Shown: positions 52,071 through 63,742 of the stretch, piece after piece
Layout of the letters: the number at the start of each line of letters is the position of its first letter
How positions within the stretch are numbered: position 1 is the stretch's first letter
The notes under the pieces: generated by a model
Told to the model about the DNA's origin: nothing
What the model saw: only the letters and a program-made list of their open reading frames with translations
Database searches by the model: none
Program-made: the position numbers and the translations under genes
Source of the DNA: an uncultured delta proteobacterium
GTDB taxonomy: Bacteria > Myxococcota_A > Polyangia > Polyangiales > Polyangiaceae
Direction: 5' to 3'
Length of the DNA: 64,000 nucleotides
Assembly (NCBI GenBank): GCA_963806225.1
Contig: CAWDXG010000001.1
Coordinates: 1,504,001 to 1,568,000 of the forward strand

Positions 52071-55000
52071 TCAGTACCGGTAGTGCCAGAGCAGGTCGAT
52101 GGCTGTGCTTGCGTTGCCACCTTCGGTACGCAGCGACCAGTTGCGGTGGAAGCGCCAGTCGAGTGCGGCACTGAAGGCGGCTTTGCTGCCTCCGGAGGCG
52201 TTCGGCTCGCCCGCGCCGGCACCTGTAGCGCCGCCCTGCTCGTAGGTGCCTTCGAGCCACACCTCGTCGCTGATGCGCACTGCAGCGGTGTAGGCGGGGT
52301 TCGAGGTGGACGTATAGCGGTTCTCGCGCGTGCTGGTGCGGAACTGTACCGCGCCGAGCGGCGTCTCCGAGAACAGCTCGTTGAAACCGAGTGCCGCGGC
52401 TCCGACGCCGATCGCCTGCGCTTGCTGTCCCCTCGAGCCCGTTTCCGTCCCGCCCTGGCTCGAGGGACCACCTAGCAACAGCGCCATGATCTCCGACTCG
52501 GGCATCGCCGGATCGCTGCTTAGCCGGAGCTTGGCGTCCTTTACCGTCCCCTGCAGCTTTGCGTACACCGTGGTGCCCTCTGGCGAACGCCAGCTCGCCG
52601 TCGCGTCCACATGCGGGTTCGACGAATCACCCGTGTCGAACGTCACGCGCCCCCCATCGACGATGAACACCTTGCCGAGCGCAGGCACGCGGCCGCCCGG
52701 CTGCAGCGAGATGTAGCCCTTGACCTCCGCCTTCTCGCCGATGTCGACGATAGGCTGGCCGTCTATCGGTACCTCGATGTCGTTGCGGATGACGCGTACC
52801 GTGCCGAGATTGACGATGATGTGCCACGGGAGCGCCTGTTCACTGCGGTGCTCCACCGGCTCGCCAAGCGGCTGCAGGACCTGGATGTCGGGGTTGTCGT
52901 CGAGCGAGATCACGTTCTGCGAGGTGGCGCGTGGCAGCTTCGCCACGGCGTCCGGCACCTCGACGTCCACAATCATCCGCTGGGGAAGTCGGTGCAGGGT
53001 CACCGTGACCGGCACTTTCGATGTCACCGACGCCAGCTGCACGCCCTCGGTCATCAGGGGCACGCCGTTCTGCCCGGCTCCCAGGTTCACCGCTGCGGCG
53101 CCCCGATCCAGTCTCAGCCCATCCATGTAGAGCCTTGCGCTCGCGGCGATGTTGCGCTGGTCGGAGCGGGATTTTGCCGTGGCGCGAGGGACCACGATCA
53201 CGGTGCGGCGCCCGCGACCGGTGGCGGTCGCGGTGAACGCGACGTCGGACAGCCGCATGCCGAGCGCGGCGATCTGCAGGACGCCGTGCTGCATGTCGGC
53301 CTTGCCGCTGAGCTGGCCTGTCCAGCGCTTCTTCTTGGGGTGCTCCGGGTCCGGTTCCTGGGACAGCACGGCGGACAGCTGGGCATCGATGTCGCCGCTG
53401 AGCTCACTGAACACGTCGCTGAGCAGCGGGGAGAGCACGACCGCGTCGAAGTGCTTGGCGTCCACGTCGATGCGCACCGGCCGTTTGTCGTCGATGCTCG
53501 GTACGACGCCCTGCCAGGCGAGCGCCGCATGCGCTTGAGCGTCCAGGCTGCCCGCCTTGTGATCGAAATGCAGCGTCGCGCTCAGCGCTTCGCCGTTCGA
53601 TCGAACGGTCGCGCGCCCTTCGCCGACGGGAATCATGTCGATGTTCGCGCGCTTTACGTCCACGTTGGCGGCGACCTGCGGCAACAGGCTCTGGCGCTGC
53701 AGCGCCGCCGAGCCGTACAGCTCTCCCGCCACGTGGCTGTCGGCGAGCGGGGGCAGCAGGCGCAAGGGCAGGCCGTTCAAGAGGAGCTGCACGCCGCCCG
53801 TCCAGCGCGGCTTGTTCTCCGGCACGTCTCCAAACAGATCCTCCCAGCGCGCGGTGCCCTGCGCGGTCAGAAGTGCCAGGCGCTGGTCGCCGGCGAGCAC
53901 CTGGGTCGTCCCGCCGAAACGTCCCGTCTTCTGGACGTATTGGGCGGTCATGTCGAGGTCGAACGGCATCGCGTAGCGACTGGTCGTGAAGGAGACGCGC
54001 CGGGCCGTGGCATGCGCGCTGAACGTGGGGCTCCGGAGCGTGCCCTCGACACTGATGCGTCCGCCGACGACTGCGCTGACGCCCCGCGGCCTGAGCGGAG
54101 CCGGCAGGGCGTCGAGCCCGCGATCCGGCACACTGAGCACCGCCGTGATGGGCGTCTGCAGCAGCTGCTCGGCAAGCTTGCCGGGCGCGCGGACCGCGCG
54201 CTGGAGATCGACCGAGAGCGTGCCGCTGGCCGCGGCCAGGACCGTGTTCTCGTAGATGAGCCGGATGGTGCCGTTGGTGTCGCCGGTCTCGCCGTTGATC
54301 TGTCCGCCGACCTGCACGTCGACGCCCTGGATGCGCTCCGGCTTGCTGTCGGGCACGCTGCGCACGACGTCGAGGCCCTTGGTCCCGGCGACCGCGAACA
54401 AGCTGGGCAGCGCCGCCGCCACCTTGCGGTCGATGCGCAGTTGGCCGAAAGCGCGTCCCGTGACCTTGTCGACGTGGAGGCTCTTCGGCAACGCGTGCTC
54501 GAGCCCGGCGAGGTTCACGTCGCTGAACTGTAGCTGGGCCTGGCCGATCACGTCGCGCCACGAGGACACCTTCTGGACGGGGCCGGCCAGCGTCGTCTCC
54601 CACTGCGCGCCGAGCGCGCCGATGTCTTTGACCAGCACCGAGGCGTCGCCGTCGAGGTTCCCGTCGTCGAGCTTGGCGTTGACCAGCATCGAGATGCCAC
54701 CGAAGTTCATGATCGAGGCGTGGCCGAGTGCGATGCGCACCTGGCCGTTCGAGGTCTTCTTGTTGGACACCACGTCGGCATGGATGCCGAGTCTGCCGCC
54801 GACTGTGCCGCGTGGCAGTCCGAGCGCCTGGGTGATCTCGTCGAGGTCCAGGCCGGTGCCGTCGGCGTGGATCTCGAGCGAGCTGGGCCGGATGCGCGCC
54901 GAGCCGTGGACCTCGCCCCCGGTCCCGGACAGAGCGAGGTCCTTGACCTCGATGTTACCCTTGGCAAGGTCGAGCCGGGCGACCTTGCCATGCAGCTTCG

Positions 55001-56736
55001 CGCTGCCCCGCTTCACTTCGAGCGAAAGCTGTCGGATCCGCGTCGGTCCGCGGGTGGGCACCGTGGCCGAGGCGTCGACAGAAGGACCGAAGCGGTCCTT
55101 GAGCGAGGCTGTCACGTGCGGCGCTACGACCGGGCCGCGCGCGCTGGCGTCGACCTTGTCGAACGAGAACATTCCCGCCGTCATGTCGCGGCCGGATAGC
55201 TGGGCGTTGATGTCGAGCTTGTCCGGTTTCGTGAGCGGCCCCGAGGCGTGTCCGTTCAGCTGCCCGTGCTCGAGCTTGACGTCGCCCAGCGCGAAATCGT
55301 TCACATCCGCCGTCAGATAGGCATCCAGGTGCTCGTGCTCGATGCGCGCCTTGACCCGCATCTGTGCCCGGCCCTGCGCGTCGGTATATTGCCTGAGGCG
55401 CGGCGCGCCCTGGATACTGAAGCCGGACGACCGCGCGTCGAGATCGATCGCGCCGTCGGGGTGCAGCGAGAACGCGACTTTCAGCGGTAGGCCGTGCTCG
55501 TGCAGGGTCGCCTTGCCGTCGAAGCCCTTCTCGTTGAACGTGCCCGTCAGGTCCACGGCCGGCACGGGCTGGTCGGCGATCCGTGTGGGCTGCGTTGTGC
55601 CATTCACGTCGACCACGACCTGTCCGTTCTTGTTCCAGATGTCGAGGGACGCGTCGGCGGAGATGTCCGTGGCGGGCGCCTTCGGCCACAGCGCCTGGAT
55701 GTTCGCGTGGCGCCCCTTCACTTCGAGCTTCGCGCCAACGGTGCCGGCCAGGTGCAGCGGACCTTTGGCAGTGATCTGTGAGCCTTCCACGTTGAAGGTC
55801 GCGCTCGTCTGGAGATCCGGCAGCTTGCCGCGCGCTTCCAGGTGCGCCGTTGTATCCTGCTTCAGCGGCCAGTCGGGCCACAGCGCGCGCATCGCTGCGG
55901 GCCTGGCGCGCGGCAGATCCAGCGTTGCTGTGATGCGATTTTCGTCGACGCGCGTGAAGGCGCCGAACTCGACGTTGCCGAAGTAGCCGTCGAAGGAGGT
56001 CCAGACGGCGCCCGGCTCGCGGATATGCAGCGTGCCCGTGCCGCGCGCATCGGTGCCAGCGAGGCCGCGCACGACGGTGCCGAAGCGCGACACGTCGACC
56101 GCGACGCCTTTCTGGGTCGCGAGCACCGAGCCTGTTACCTGCGCGAGCTCGGCCTCTAGTGTCGGCAGCCCGGCCACCGTGCCGCGCGCGTACGCACGCC
56201 CTATCTCGATGTGCGGCAGCCAGACGCGGATCTGCCGTGGCGGACCGGACGGCTTGGCGCCGGGCTTGCTGGGCCGTACCACGGGGGTGAAGGCGGCGGC
56301 GATGCTGGGGACACCCGTCACCGGATCGGGAAGGATGTTGCCCTCGGCCTTCTCGATCCGCACGTGCGGGATCACGATGTCGAGCTTCTGCCCGCCCCAG
56401 AGCACCTCCTCCGCGATTGCGGGCAGGTCCGCTTTGGCGCGCAGCTCCGACACCTCGAGCACGAGCTTTCCCTGTGGGTCGTGGACCTCGATGTTGCTCG
56501 CGGTGACCGAGGACGAGATCGATGTCGTCGAAGCGCCCGATGGTGACGGTTCCCTGGAACAGATCGCCGAGCAGCTGTGACAGGGCGCGTGCCGCGAGCC
56601 GCCGCCCGGCCGGCAGATCCAGATGCAACAGCAACCCGGCCAGCGTCGCCGCCAGGAACGTTGCCAGCAGCCCGAGTGCGGCGAGTACCCGGCCGACTAC
56701 CCGGAGTAGACGGCGCGTGCCCGGGCGCCGGGGCAT
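52071..56736 (-). CDS. tamB: Translocation and assembly module TamB, apparent frameshift near 56515
   Basis: N-terminal TM anchor (ORF 54955..56736); long beta-rich body; C-terminal GRV.F.GD..NP...LSSDPAMPESEIMALLL...DLLWHYRY; ATGA-coupled to an Omp85 gene. Confidence 0.85.
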
Positions 56737-58940
56737 CAGAACGCTTCTCCCAGCGCGATGTTGAAGGCAATCGGGAGCCCGAACGTCGTGCCCGGCGTTC
56801 CCTCGTTGCGCGTGCCGCTGATGACCTGGAGCCCCGGCAGCCGCCAGCCTACGTCGAAACGCAACGGCCCCACAGGTGTGGTGTAGCGCAGCCCGAGGCC
56901 TGCCGACAGGTGCGGCGCGTTGAAGGCAATATCGGCCACTCTACGTGTGACGTTGCTGGAATCGAGAAAAGTCGCACCGCGGACCGGACCAGCAATGGGG
57001 AAGCGGACTTCGAGCGATGCCTCCCACAGCGTCAGCCCACCCAGGGGTCGGTTGCACTGCGCCGGCAGTTGATCGTAGCTGAGGGTCGTGGTGGCACCGC
57101 CGGGGCCGGTGCGCGTCAGCGAGCAGTTCACTCCCGTTGGAACCAGGAAGCCGAGCGGGCCCTGCGGACCGACCTCCCGGTACGCGTAGCCCCGGTTCGA
57201 ATTGGGGCCACCGGAATAGAACGCGCGGAACAGGAGCTTGTGCTGATCGCGCACCACCGCCGGGTCGTACGGGTCGAGCGACGGATCATTCAGCGAGCTG
57301 CCGTAGTTGTGCGGGAACAAGAGCCCCACGGCTGCGCGCACCGCGAGCACGACGCTGTGCGATCGCGTCATCGGCAGGTAGATGCGTGCCTCGGGGCGGA
57401 CGCGGACGTCGCTGACCGTGCCTCCGAAGATGTACCCCGCCACCTGCAGCGAGTTGGTCAGGTAGAAGCCCTCGGTAGGCTGGATGCGGTCATTGCGGAA
57501 ATCCAGGTGCGTGACCAGTTCCGGAAACGAGACCTGCACCGGATCGAGGCCGTCCGGCTTGTCCTTCGTGACGCTGTTCGGATAGATGAACGGACGGTCG
57601 GACTGCCAGTTGTACGAAGGCGTGACGTACAGGCGGTAGCCGAAGAAGGCGCGCTCCACGCCCGCCGAGGCCTTGATCTCGAGATAGCCGATGATGCGGT
57701 CATTGACGCTCATGTTCGGATACAGGAGCGGGTAGACGTTGAACTCGCTGGCGACAAAGCCCGTGGTGCGCCCTTCGATGAACGACGGCTGCCTCAGCTC
57801 CGCGCGCAGGTAGTTCTCGGGCACCGGCTTGATGCCCTTGCCCAGGCTGTCGAGCTGGTAGAGGCTGGCCGGGAAGAGCGTGACGCCGGGGCGCGTATCG
57901 ATGGAGAAATCGCGCATCCCCCCCAGGAAGTTCCGATCCTCCCAGCCGATGCGCAGATGCCCGGACAGGCGCAGGACGTCCGCCTGGATGCCGCCGCCGA
58001 GCTGCAGCGTGCGCAGCGAGCTCTCCCGCACCACGACGGTGATCGGGACCTTCTGTGTCTCGGGCTTGCTCGTATCCTGGCGCACGTCCACGCTGGCGAA
58101 GACACCGAGGTTGATGAGCGCGTCCTGGGCTTCGCGCAGGTCGGCGTGCGAGTACGGCTCGCCGGGTTCGATGTTCAGGTTGGCGCGGACCGGGCCTTCG
58201 GGGATCTCCCTCAGGCCGACGATGCTCACCTTGCCGTACGTTGCCGCCGGTCCGGGCTTTACGTCGATCTCGATGTCGGCCTGGAGCTTTTCCAGATCGA
58301 TCTTCGCGTGCGCGTCGACCTTCACGAACGCATAGCCGTTGTCCGCCAGCGTGTCCCCGACGGCCTTCTTGGCTGCGTTGAAAGCGTCCTCCTCGAAGGG
58401 CGACTTCACGTTCAAGAGGTCCGTGCCGGCGGCATAGGCCTGGGTGGCGATCTTGATCGGCAGCCGCTCGAGACCGTGGATCCCGACGCTCCCGATCACC
58501 ACACGCGGTCCGGGTACGACGCTGATCTGCACCTTCACGTGGTGCCGGTCGTCCGGGTCCGGGTACCAGACACGCGCCGCTGTGACCTTGGCCTCGTACC
58601 AGCCGCGGCGCTGGTAGTAGCGCTCGACTCGCTGCAGGTCCTTGGCGAGGAGGGTCTTGTCGTAGACCACGTAGTCGAAGACGACGCCGTCCCAGATGCC
58701 GAGGAAGCGCGGCGACTTCGCGGTCGCGAGCCCTTCCAGCACGTCGTCGCTGTCCACCGAGCCCGCGTTCCGGAGACCGACGCTCGCCACGACGGGCCGG
58801 TCCGGCGGATACGGCTTCTTCACGCATCCGGCGAGCGCCAGCAGCGCCGCGAGCAGCACAAACGCCGCCCGGCCATGGACTCGTTCGGTCTCCCTGCACG
58901 CGAGAGCAGGGTAGGTCCGACACGTGGGCGGCGCCACCAA
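56736..58940 (-). CDS. tamA: Omp85 family (TamA/BamA-like) outer-membrane protein
   Basis: LAGC lipobox; POTRA motifs (YY.RRGWYEA, NGYAF); FYSGG.NSNRGY; GLGLRY.TPVGPLRFD; terminal GEAF; start uncertain. Confidence 0.85.
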   Translation of the reverse strand: MVAPPTCRTYPALACRETERVHGRAAFVLLAALLALAGCVKKPYPPDRPVVASVGLRNAGSVDSDDVLEGLATAKSPRFLGIWDGVVFDYVVYDKTLLAKDLQRVERYYQRRGWYEAKVTAARVWYPDPDDRHHVKVQISVVPGPRVVIGSVGIHGLERLPIKIATQAYAAGTDLLNVKSPFEEDAFNAAKKAVGDTLADNGYAFVKVDAHAKIDLEKLQADIEIDVKPGPAATYGKVSIVGLREIPEGPVRANLNIEPGEPYSHADLREAQDALINLGVFASVDVRQDTSKPETQKVPITVVVRESSLRTLQLGGGIQADVLRLSGHLRIGWEDRNFLGGMRDFSIDTRPGVTLFPASLYQLDSLGKGIKPVPENYLRAELRQPSFIEGRTTGFVASEFNVYPLLYPNMSVNDRIIGYLEIKASAGVERAFFGYRLYVTPSYNWQSDRPFIYPNSVTKDKPDGLDPVQVSFPELVTHLDFRNDRIQPTEGFYLTNSLQVAGYIFGGTVSDVRVRPEARIYLPMTRSHSVVLAVRAAVGLLFPHNYGSSLNDPSLDPYDPAVVRDQHKLLFRAFYSGGPNSNRGYAYREVGPQGPLGFLVPTGVNCSLTRTGPGGATTTLSYDQLPAQCNRPLGGLTLWEASLEVRFPIAGPVRGATFLDSSNVTRRVADIAFNAPHLSAGLGLRYTTPVGPLRFDVGWRLPGLQVISGTRNEGTPGTTFGLPIAFNIALGEAF

Positions 58941-58963
58941 CTACGCGCCGCCGCGCGGCCGCG

Positions 58964-59683
58964 TCAGTCGTCCTTCATGCCGGGAAGTGTCGCCTTCTCG
59001 GCCGGCTTCGTCTTGTAGTCGATCTTCTGGTACGTCATGAGGCCCATGATCGGGTCCGCCTCGGTACCGGTCGACGAACGCGTGAAGGTCGTGGAGTACT
59101 GTCCGGTGACGGTGACCTCGGCTCCCTTGACCGGCAGCGGGTAGGGCAGGGGCACGGCCCACAGCTCGTCCTGCACCGGCTCGTCGGGACCCTTGTCCTC
59201 GTCCTTCACCTTCTTGTACTTCTCGATCGCGTCGTAGATCTGCGCGAAGTTGGACGCCCAGCCCTCGACCTTGATGCAGTTGTCGAGCTTGGCGTCCTTG
59301 GTGTCGCCGATCCAGAACGCCGGAATGGGCGGGTTGCAGTTGTCGGGGTCGGCCTTGCCCGTCTTGTGCACCGCGCACTTGGGCGCCTGGGGCAGGTTCG
59401 TCTTGACGATCCACCCGGTGATGCTGAGCTTCTTGTCGGCCACTTCCTTGTGGTGCACGCGGCTGCGCAGGTAGTAGCTCGCTCCCCACACGGTGTACGC
59501 ATCGCCCTTCTTGATGGGCTTCTGCGGCACGTTCGGTACCGCCGGCATGTTGGCCTTGGCGCCGCTCGCGGCGGGCTTGGGCTTGTACTTGATCTCGTTC
59601 CGGTCACAGCCGGTGAGCCCAAGGGCAAGGACAGCGACGACGGCCGAGGTGGCCACGGAGCGGACGCGGACGGGCATGCTCAT
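58964..59683 (-). CDS. Hypothetical lipoprotein, possibly OB-fold
   Basis: GLTGC lipobox; strong host codon usage. Confidence 0.75.
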   Translation of the reverse strand: MSMPVRVRSVATSAVVAVLALGLTGCDRNEIKYKPKPAASGAKANMPAVPNVPQKPIKKGDAYTVWGASYYLRSRVHHKEVADKKLSITGWIVKTNLPQAPKCAVHKTGKADPDNCNPPIPAFWIGDTKDAKLDNCIKVEGWASNFAQIYDAIEKYKKVKDEDKGPDEPVQDELWAVPLPYPLPVKGAEVTVTGQYSTTFTRSSTGTEADPIMGLMTYQKIDYKTKPAEKATLPGMKDD

Positions 59684-59885
59684 TTTCTCCCTGACACGTT
59701 GTCGAACTGGTCGACGGCTATCACGCACGCGGCCAAAACCGCAAGCGCTCCGGACCCTTGCGGTGCCCGGGCGAGCGAGGATAGCCCCGCCTGGGACCCC
59801 ATGATCAGGGATTTTCATGGCTTTCTGCACCAGCGCCGGTGCTGGGTTGATTTGACAAGTATTTTCATACAATTAGGTTCTCCAC

Positions 59886-60602
59886 ATGGGTCGGGCCCTG
59901 ATCGTCGGTGATGTCCACGGCTGCGCGGCCGAGCTCGACGCGCTGCTCGAGCAGCTTGCCGTGGGTGACGGCGACCAGCTGGTTTTCGTGGGGGATCTCG
60001 TGGCGCGCGGGCCGGACTCGCGGCGAGTGCTCCAGCGTGTGCGCGAGCTCGGCGCCCGCTCGGTGATCGGCAACCACGAGGAGCGGCTGCTTTCGGCGCG
60101 CGACGCGCGCTCCCGCGGCCAGCCCGGACCGCGGCTCGGGCCCGCGCACCGGCGGGTGTTCGATGAGCTCGACGAGGCGGACTGGGCGCTGCTCGAGTCG
60201 CTGCCGCTCTCGATCGATCTGCCGGATCACGATCTGCGGGTGGTGCACGCGGGCGTCGTGCCCGGCGTTCCCTTCGACGAGCAGGACCCCTGGCTGCTCA
60301 CGCATATCCGCACACTCGATGCCGAGGGCATTCCGTCCCACCGCTTCGGCGGTACGCCCTGGGGTGCGAGCTACGTCGGCGGGCCGCACGTCGTGTTCGG
60401 TCACAACGCGCGCCTCGCACCGCAGCTGCATCCCGACGCGACCGGCCTCGACACCGGCTGTGTGTACGGCGGTCGTCTCACGGCGCTGGTTCTCGGCGCC
60501 GGCGAAAAGCCGCCCCCCGTCGCGGAGCGCGCGGACGCGCTGTCCAGCGTGCCCGCCAGGCAGACGTACGTCGACTACGGCGGCAAGCTGCGCGCAGGCT
60601 AG
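59886..60602 (+). CDS. Metallophosphoesterase (ApaH/PrpE/PPP-like)
   Basis: GDVHG, GDLVARG, GNHE, VHAG, FGH, LDTGC..GG.LT. Confidence 0.9.
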   Translation: MGRALIVGDVHGCAAELDALLEQLAVGDGDQLVFVGDLVARGPDSRRVLQRVRELGARSVIGNHEERLLSARDARSRGQPGPRLGPAHRRVFDELDEADWALLESLPLSIDLPDHDLRVVHAGVVPGVPFDEQDPWLLTHIRTLDAEGIPSHRFGGTPWGASYVGGPHVVFGHNARLAPQLHPDATGLDTGCVYGGRLTALVLGAGEKPPPVAERADALSSVPARQTYVDYGGKLRAG

Positions 60603-61858
60603 CGCGGCAACACCGCGAGCGTCCGGCGCAGTCCGCGGATCGCATGACAGCCGTCGCCGATGAGGTCCAGGTACGTCTGCTCGCGCTGGCTGCGGATCGC
60701 GTCGAGCCGCTCGTAGACTCCGCCTCGCGAGAGCTGCTTGACCGTGTCGGCCAGATCGCCGGCTGCCTCGAGCATCACGCGGTCGATGTGCCGGCCGCCC
60801 TCGTTCTTCGTGTCGTACGCGCCGAGCCTGCGCGCCAGTCCCAGCGTCTCCAGCAGGTGCCCGAAGAACTTCTGCTGCTGCGCGCGCAGCACCAGCCCCG
60901 CCTCCGGGTGCCGCGCCAGAAGCTCCGCGTAGGCGTGCCGTTCCGCCTCGTAGCGGAATAGAAGGACGCCGAGCTGTTTCCGCAAACGCCGCTTCTGTGC
61001 CGCGTCGCCACCCTGCGTCACGCTCTGGATCACGGCCTGCACCAGGTGCAGCCCGCCGCAGCTGTGTCCGTAGATGCCGGTCCTCTTCTGCTTGGCCTGG
61101 CGCAGGGGCGAGCCGGGATCGAACGCGCCAGTTGGATCCCCATGGAAATCGGTCAGCACCTGGTCGTCCTGCTCCAGCCGCGTGAGTGCCGCCGCGCGCA
61201 GCTTGTCCGGCTCCACCGCGCTCTTGCCGGGGGCCTTGTCGCCCAGTCGCTCGTCGAACACCCACGCGCTCAGCGTCCACGCCTCCTGGTGCCAGTCCGC
61301 GTCGCTCGTCGGCATGTGCGCCGAGGCCTCCATGTCGTGCACCAGCCGTCCGAGGGTCACCTCCGTGGCGTCAGCCGTCACCAGCTTGCGATCGAGCGGC
61401 ACACCCGCATCCAGCATCGACTTGACCTGGAGACCCGGATGCGGCTCGACCAGGCTGTCGCCCTTTTTGACGGGGAAGGAATACAGCGTCCTGCCGTCGA
61501 CGGTCTTCCGCACCGCGAAGCTCGCGATGACATCCACCGCCGGCCGCCCGTCGTCCGCCTCGAAGTGCGGCCCGAACGCCAGAAGCCCGTGCGCCAGCGC
61601 CCACGGCATCTTGGCGTCGCTCGCCCCCGCCTTCACGTCGTGCTCTAGCGTCGCCAGCGTCGACTTGATCTCCGCGCGCGTCGCCTGGTGCGGCGGCGCT
61701 ATGCCGGGAGCTGCGGCCGCGGCCGATGCCGGCACCGCTGGAGCGCTGGCCGTGGCCGCCGTCAGCCCCGGGTGTTGGTGCCGCTGCACCTCCATGTACA
61801 CGCCGGCCGCCGCCGCCGCGGCCAGGATCGCCAGCATGCCTCGGTTGCGCTCCGCCAT
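60599..61858 (-). CDS. Membrane-anchored hypothetical protein with His/Cys motifs
   Basis: N-terminal hydrophobic helix; PWALAHG, HSCGGLHL, FFGHLLE, GCHAIRG. Confidence 0.7.
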   Translation of the reverse strand: MAERNRGMLAILAAAAAAGVYMEVQRHQHPGLTAATASAPAVPASAAAAAPGIAPPHQATRAEIKSTLATLEHDVKAGASDAKMPWALAHGLLAFGPHFEADDGRPAVDVIASFAVRKTVDGRTLYSFPVKKGDSLVEPHPGLQVKSMLDAGVPLDRKLVTADATEVTLGRLVHDMEASAHMPTSDADWHQEAWTLSAWVFDERLGDKAPGKSAVEPDKLRAAALTRLEQDDQVLTDFHGDPTGAFDPGSPLRQAKQKRTGIYGHSCGGLHLVQAVIQSVTQGGDAAQKRRLRKQLGVLLFRYEAERHAYAELLARHPEAGLVLRAQQQKFFGHLLETLGLARRLGAYDTKNEGGRHIDRVMLEAAGDLADTVKQLSRGGVYERLDAIRSQREQTYLDLIGDGCHAIRGLRRTLAVLPR

Positions 61859-61918
61859 CGACGGGACGTATCTAGCACGCCGGCCGCTGTCGCGGTCGCC
61901 CGTGCTATCACCGTCGCG

Positions 61919-62659
61919 TTGGCCCGCACTGTCCGCGTCTTCGTTCCGGAGCTTGCAGGCGGCGAGCGTATGCTCGACGACGCAGCGTCGCGCTATCTGC
62001 TGCGGGTCCACCGCCTGGGAGCGGGCGATCGCTTCGTCGCGTTCGATCCGGATGCGGCGGAGCAGGCAGAGGGCAACATCGTCGCGGTGCGCGGGCGCCG
62101 CGCCCTGTGCCGCTTCGGCGAGCCTGGACCGGCGAGCCATGTGCCCGGCTTCGAGGTCACCCTGCTGCAGGGGCTCGGCAAGGGCGATCGTTTCGATCGC
62201 GTGGTGCGCGACGCGACGGCGCTCGGTGCGCACAGCGTGGTCGCGGTGGAGACGGCGCGCAGCGTGGTCGCTCTCGGCGACCGCGCGGCGGCGCGCCGCG
62301 AGCGCTGGCGCACGATCGCGATCGAAGCCGCGCGACAGTCGGGCCGCGGCGACGTGCCGCGGATCGTGGGACCGCTCTCTCTCGGCGAGGCGCTGGGCGG
62401 GCCGCACTCCGGAGACGCGCTCCGGCTCGTGCTCGAGCCCGAGGGCTCCACGTCGCTCGCAGTGCGGCTCGAGCATTGGTCGCCTTCGCAGCCACTGGTG
62501 CTGCTCGTCGGTCCAGAGGGCGGCCTCGCGCCGGAAGAGCTGGCCGAGGCGCGTGCCGCTGGTTTTTCGCCAGCGCGCTTCGGTGAGTTCGTGCTGCGCA
62601 CCGAAACGGCCGCGACGGCCGTGCTCGGCGCGGTCATCGCGCGTCTCGACCCAGCGTGA
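61919..62659 (+). CDS. rsmE: 16S rRNA m3U1498 methyltransferase
   Basis: K.DRFD.VVR.AT.LG, EAARQSGR..VP, LVGPEGGL, VLRTETA; start uncertain. Confidence 0.92.
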   Translation: MARTVRVFVPELAGGERMLDDAASRYLLRVHRLGAGDRFVAFDPDAAEQAEGNIVAVRGRRALCRFGEPGPASHVPGFEVTLLQGLGKGDRFDRVVRDATALGAHSVVAVETARSVVALGDRAAARRERWRTIAIEAARQSGRGDVPRIVGPLSLGEALGGPHSGDALRLVLEPEGSTSLAVRLEHWSPSQPLVLLVGPEGGLAPEELAEARAAGFSPARFGEFVLRTETAATAVLGAVIARLDPA

Positions 62660-62703
62660 AAATCGGCGTGCTGTTCGCCCCGCGCCCTGTATAGTCCGCC
62701 CCC

Positions 62704-63108
62704 ATGAGCGGCGAGCGGAAGGTGCGGATTCTGGTGGCCAAGCCGGGCCTCGACGGCCACGACCGCGGAGCGAAAGTCGTCGCGCGCGCGCTGCGCGACG
62801 CCGGCTTCGAGGTCGTCTACACCGGCCTGCACCAGACGCCCGCGATGATCGCCAGCGCGGCCGTGCAGGAAGACGTGGACGCCGTCGGCCTGTCGATCAT
62901 GAGCGGCGCGCACAACACGCTCTTCCCTGCGGTCCTCGCCGAGCTCGAACAGCGCCAGGCTGACGACATCGCCCTCTTCGGCGGCGGCATCGTTCCCGAA
63001 GAGGACGTGGAGAAGCTCGAGGCGGCCGGCGTCAAGAAGGTGTTCAGGCCCGGCACGCCGCTCTCCGGGATCGTCGACTGGGTCCGCGAGAACGTGAAGC
63101 CGCGCTAG
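62704..63108 (+). CDS. Cobalamin-binding small subunit of methylmalonyl/isobutyryl-CoA mutase
   Basis: [11 protein letters not shown] (DxHxxG), AGFEV.YTG, S..SGAH, GGIVP. Confidence 0.92.
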   Translation: MSGERKVRILVAKPGLDGHDRGAKVVARALRDAGFEVVYTGLHQTPAMIASAAVQEDVDAVGLSIMSGAHNTLFPAVLAELEQRQADDIALFGGGIVPEEDVEKLEAAGVKKVFRPGTPLSGIVDWVRENVKPR

Positions 63109-63510
63109 CCCGCGCGCCCGCCGCGGAGCGGCGCGGAGCGGCGCGGAGCGGCGCGACTACCCGAAGGCGCGCCGCCGTGGCGCGAGGCGCGTGGAAAAGG
63201 CGCCAAGCCCGAGCTTGGAGGCGAAAACAGGCGCGAGGCGCGTGGGCACGCGCGAGGCGCGTGGGCACGCGCGCGGCGATCGGCGGTACGGCGCGCGCCG
63301 GCGAGCTGGCGGACGGAGTGTTCCGCGGGCCGCAGTCCGTGTGCCGTGGGACACTTTCTCGGGCACGAAGCGCCTTGTTTTCCGTGTGATCGTGTGGGGC
63401 ACGCGGCTTGCGATGCGGCGGGCCATGTTCGTGCTCGCGCTGTTTCCCACGTTGGTTGCCGTCGGCATCTTCACTGGCGTGCTCCGGCTGCGGCCGGGGC
63501 GATAGAATAT

Positions 63511-63549
63511 CGTAGCAAAATGTCACAGTAGGTGTGACATTTTGCTACG
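63511..63549. repeat. Perfect palindrome, 17-bp arms and 5-nt spacer
   Basis: cgtagcaaaatgtcaca-gtagg-tgtgacattttgctacg. Confidence 0.9.
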
Positions 63550-63742
63550 GATTCGAGCGTGGGCTGCTGGGCTGGGTGGTGTGGGCCTGCTCTGGGACCT
63601 GGTGGGGTGCCCCAAGGAATGGCGATCCAGAAGCTGGTCCGGAGGGTCGCACGTCGGCCAAACTACCTGAACGAGTGAGCATGTAGGAGGATGGAAGCAT
63701 CCAAGCGTGCGGAAATAAAGAGGGAATGCGGTTGCCGACTTG

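Noticed and set aside
56500..56530. Programmed frameshifting in tamB or other split genes
   Set aside because: No slippery heptamer or stimulatory structure seen, and breaks occur in unrelated genes
62704..63108. Stand-alone B12-binding domain as a novelty
   Set aside because: Split acyl-CoA mutases with a separate small subunit are common
63109..63505. Short repeats (gcggagcggc x3; gcgaggcgcgtgg x3) and ORFs 63191..63505 and 63157..63474
   Set aside because: Low-complexity GC repeats; the ORFs show no recognisable motif, so were not called
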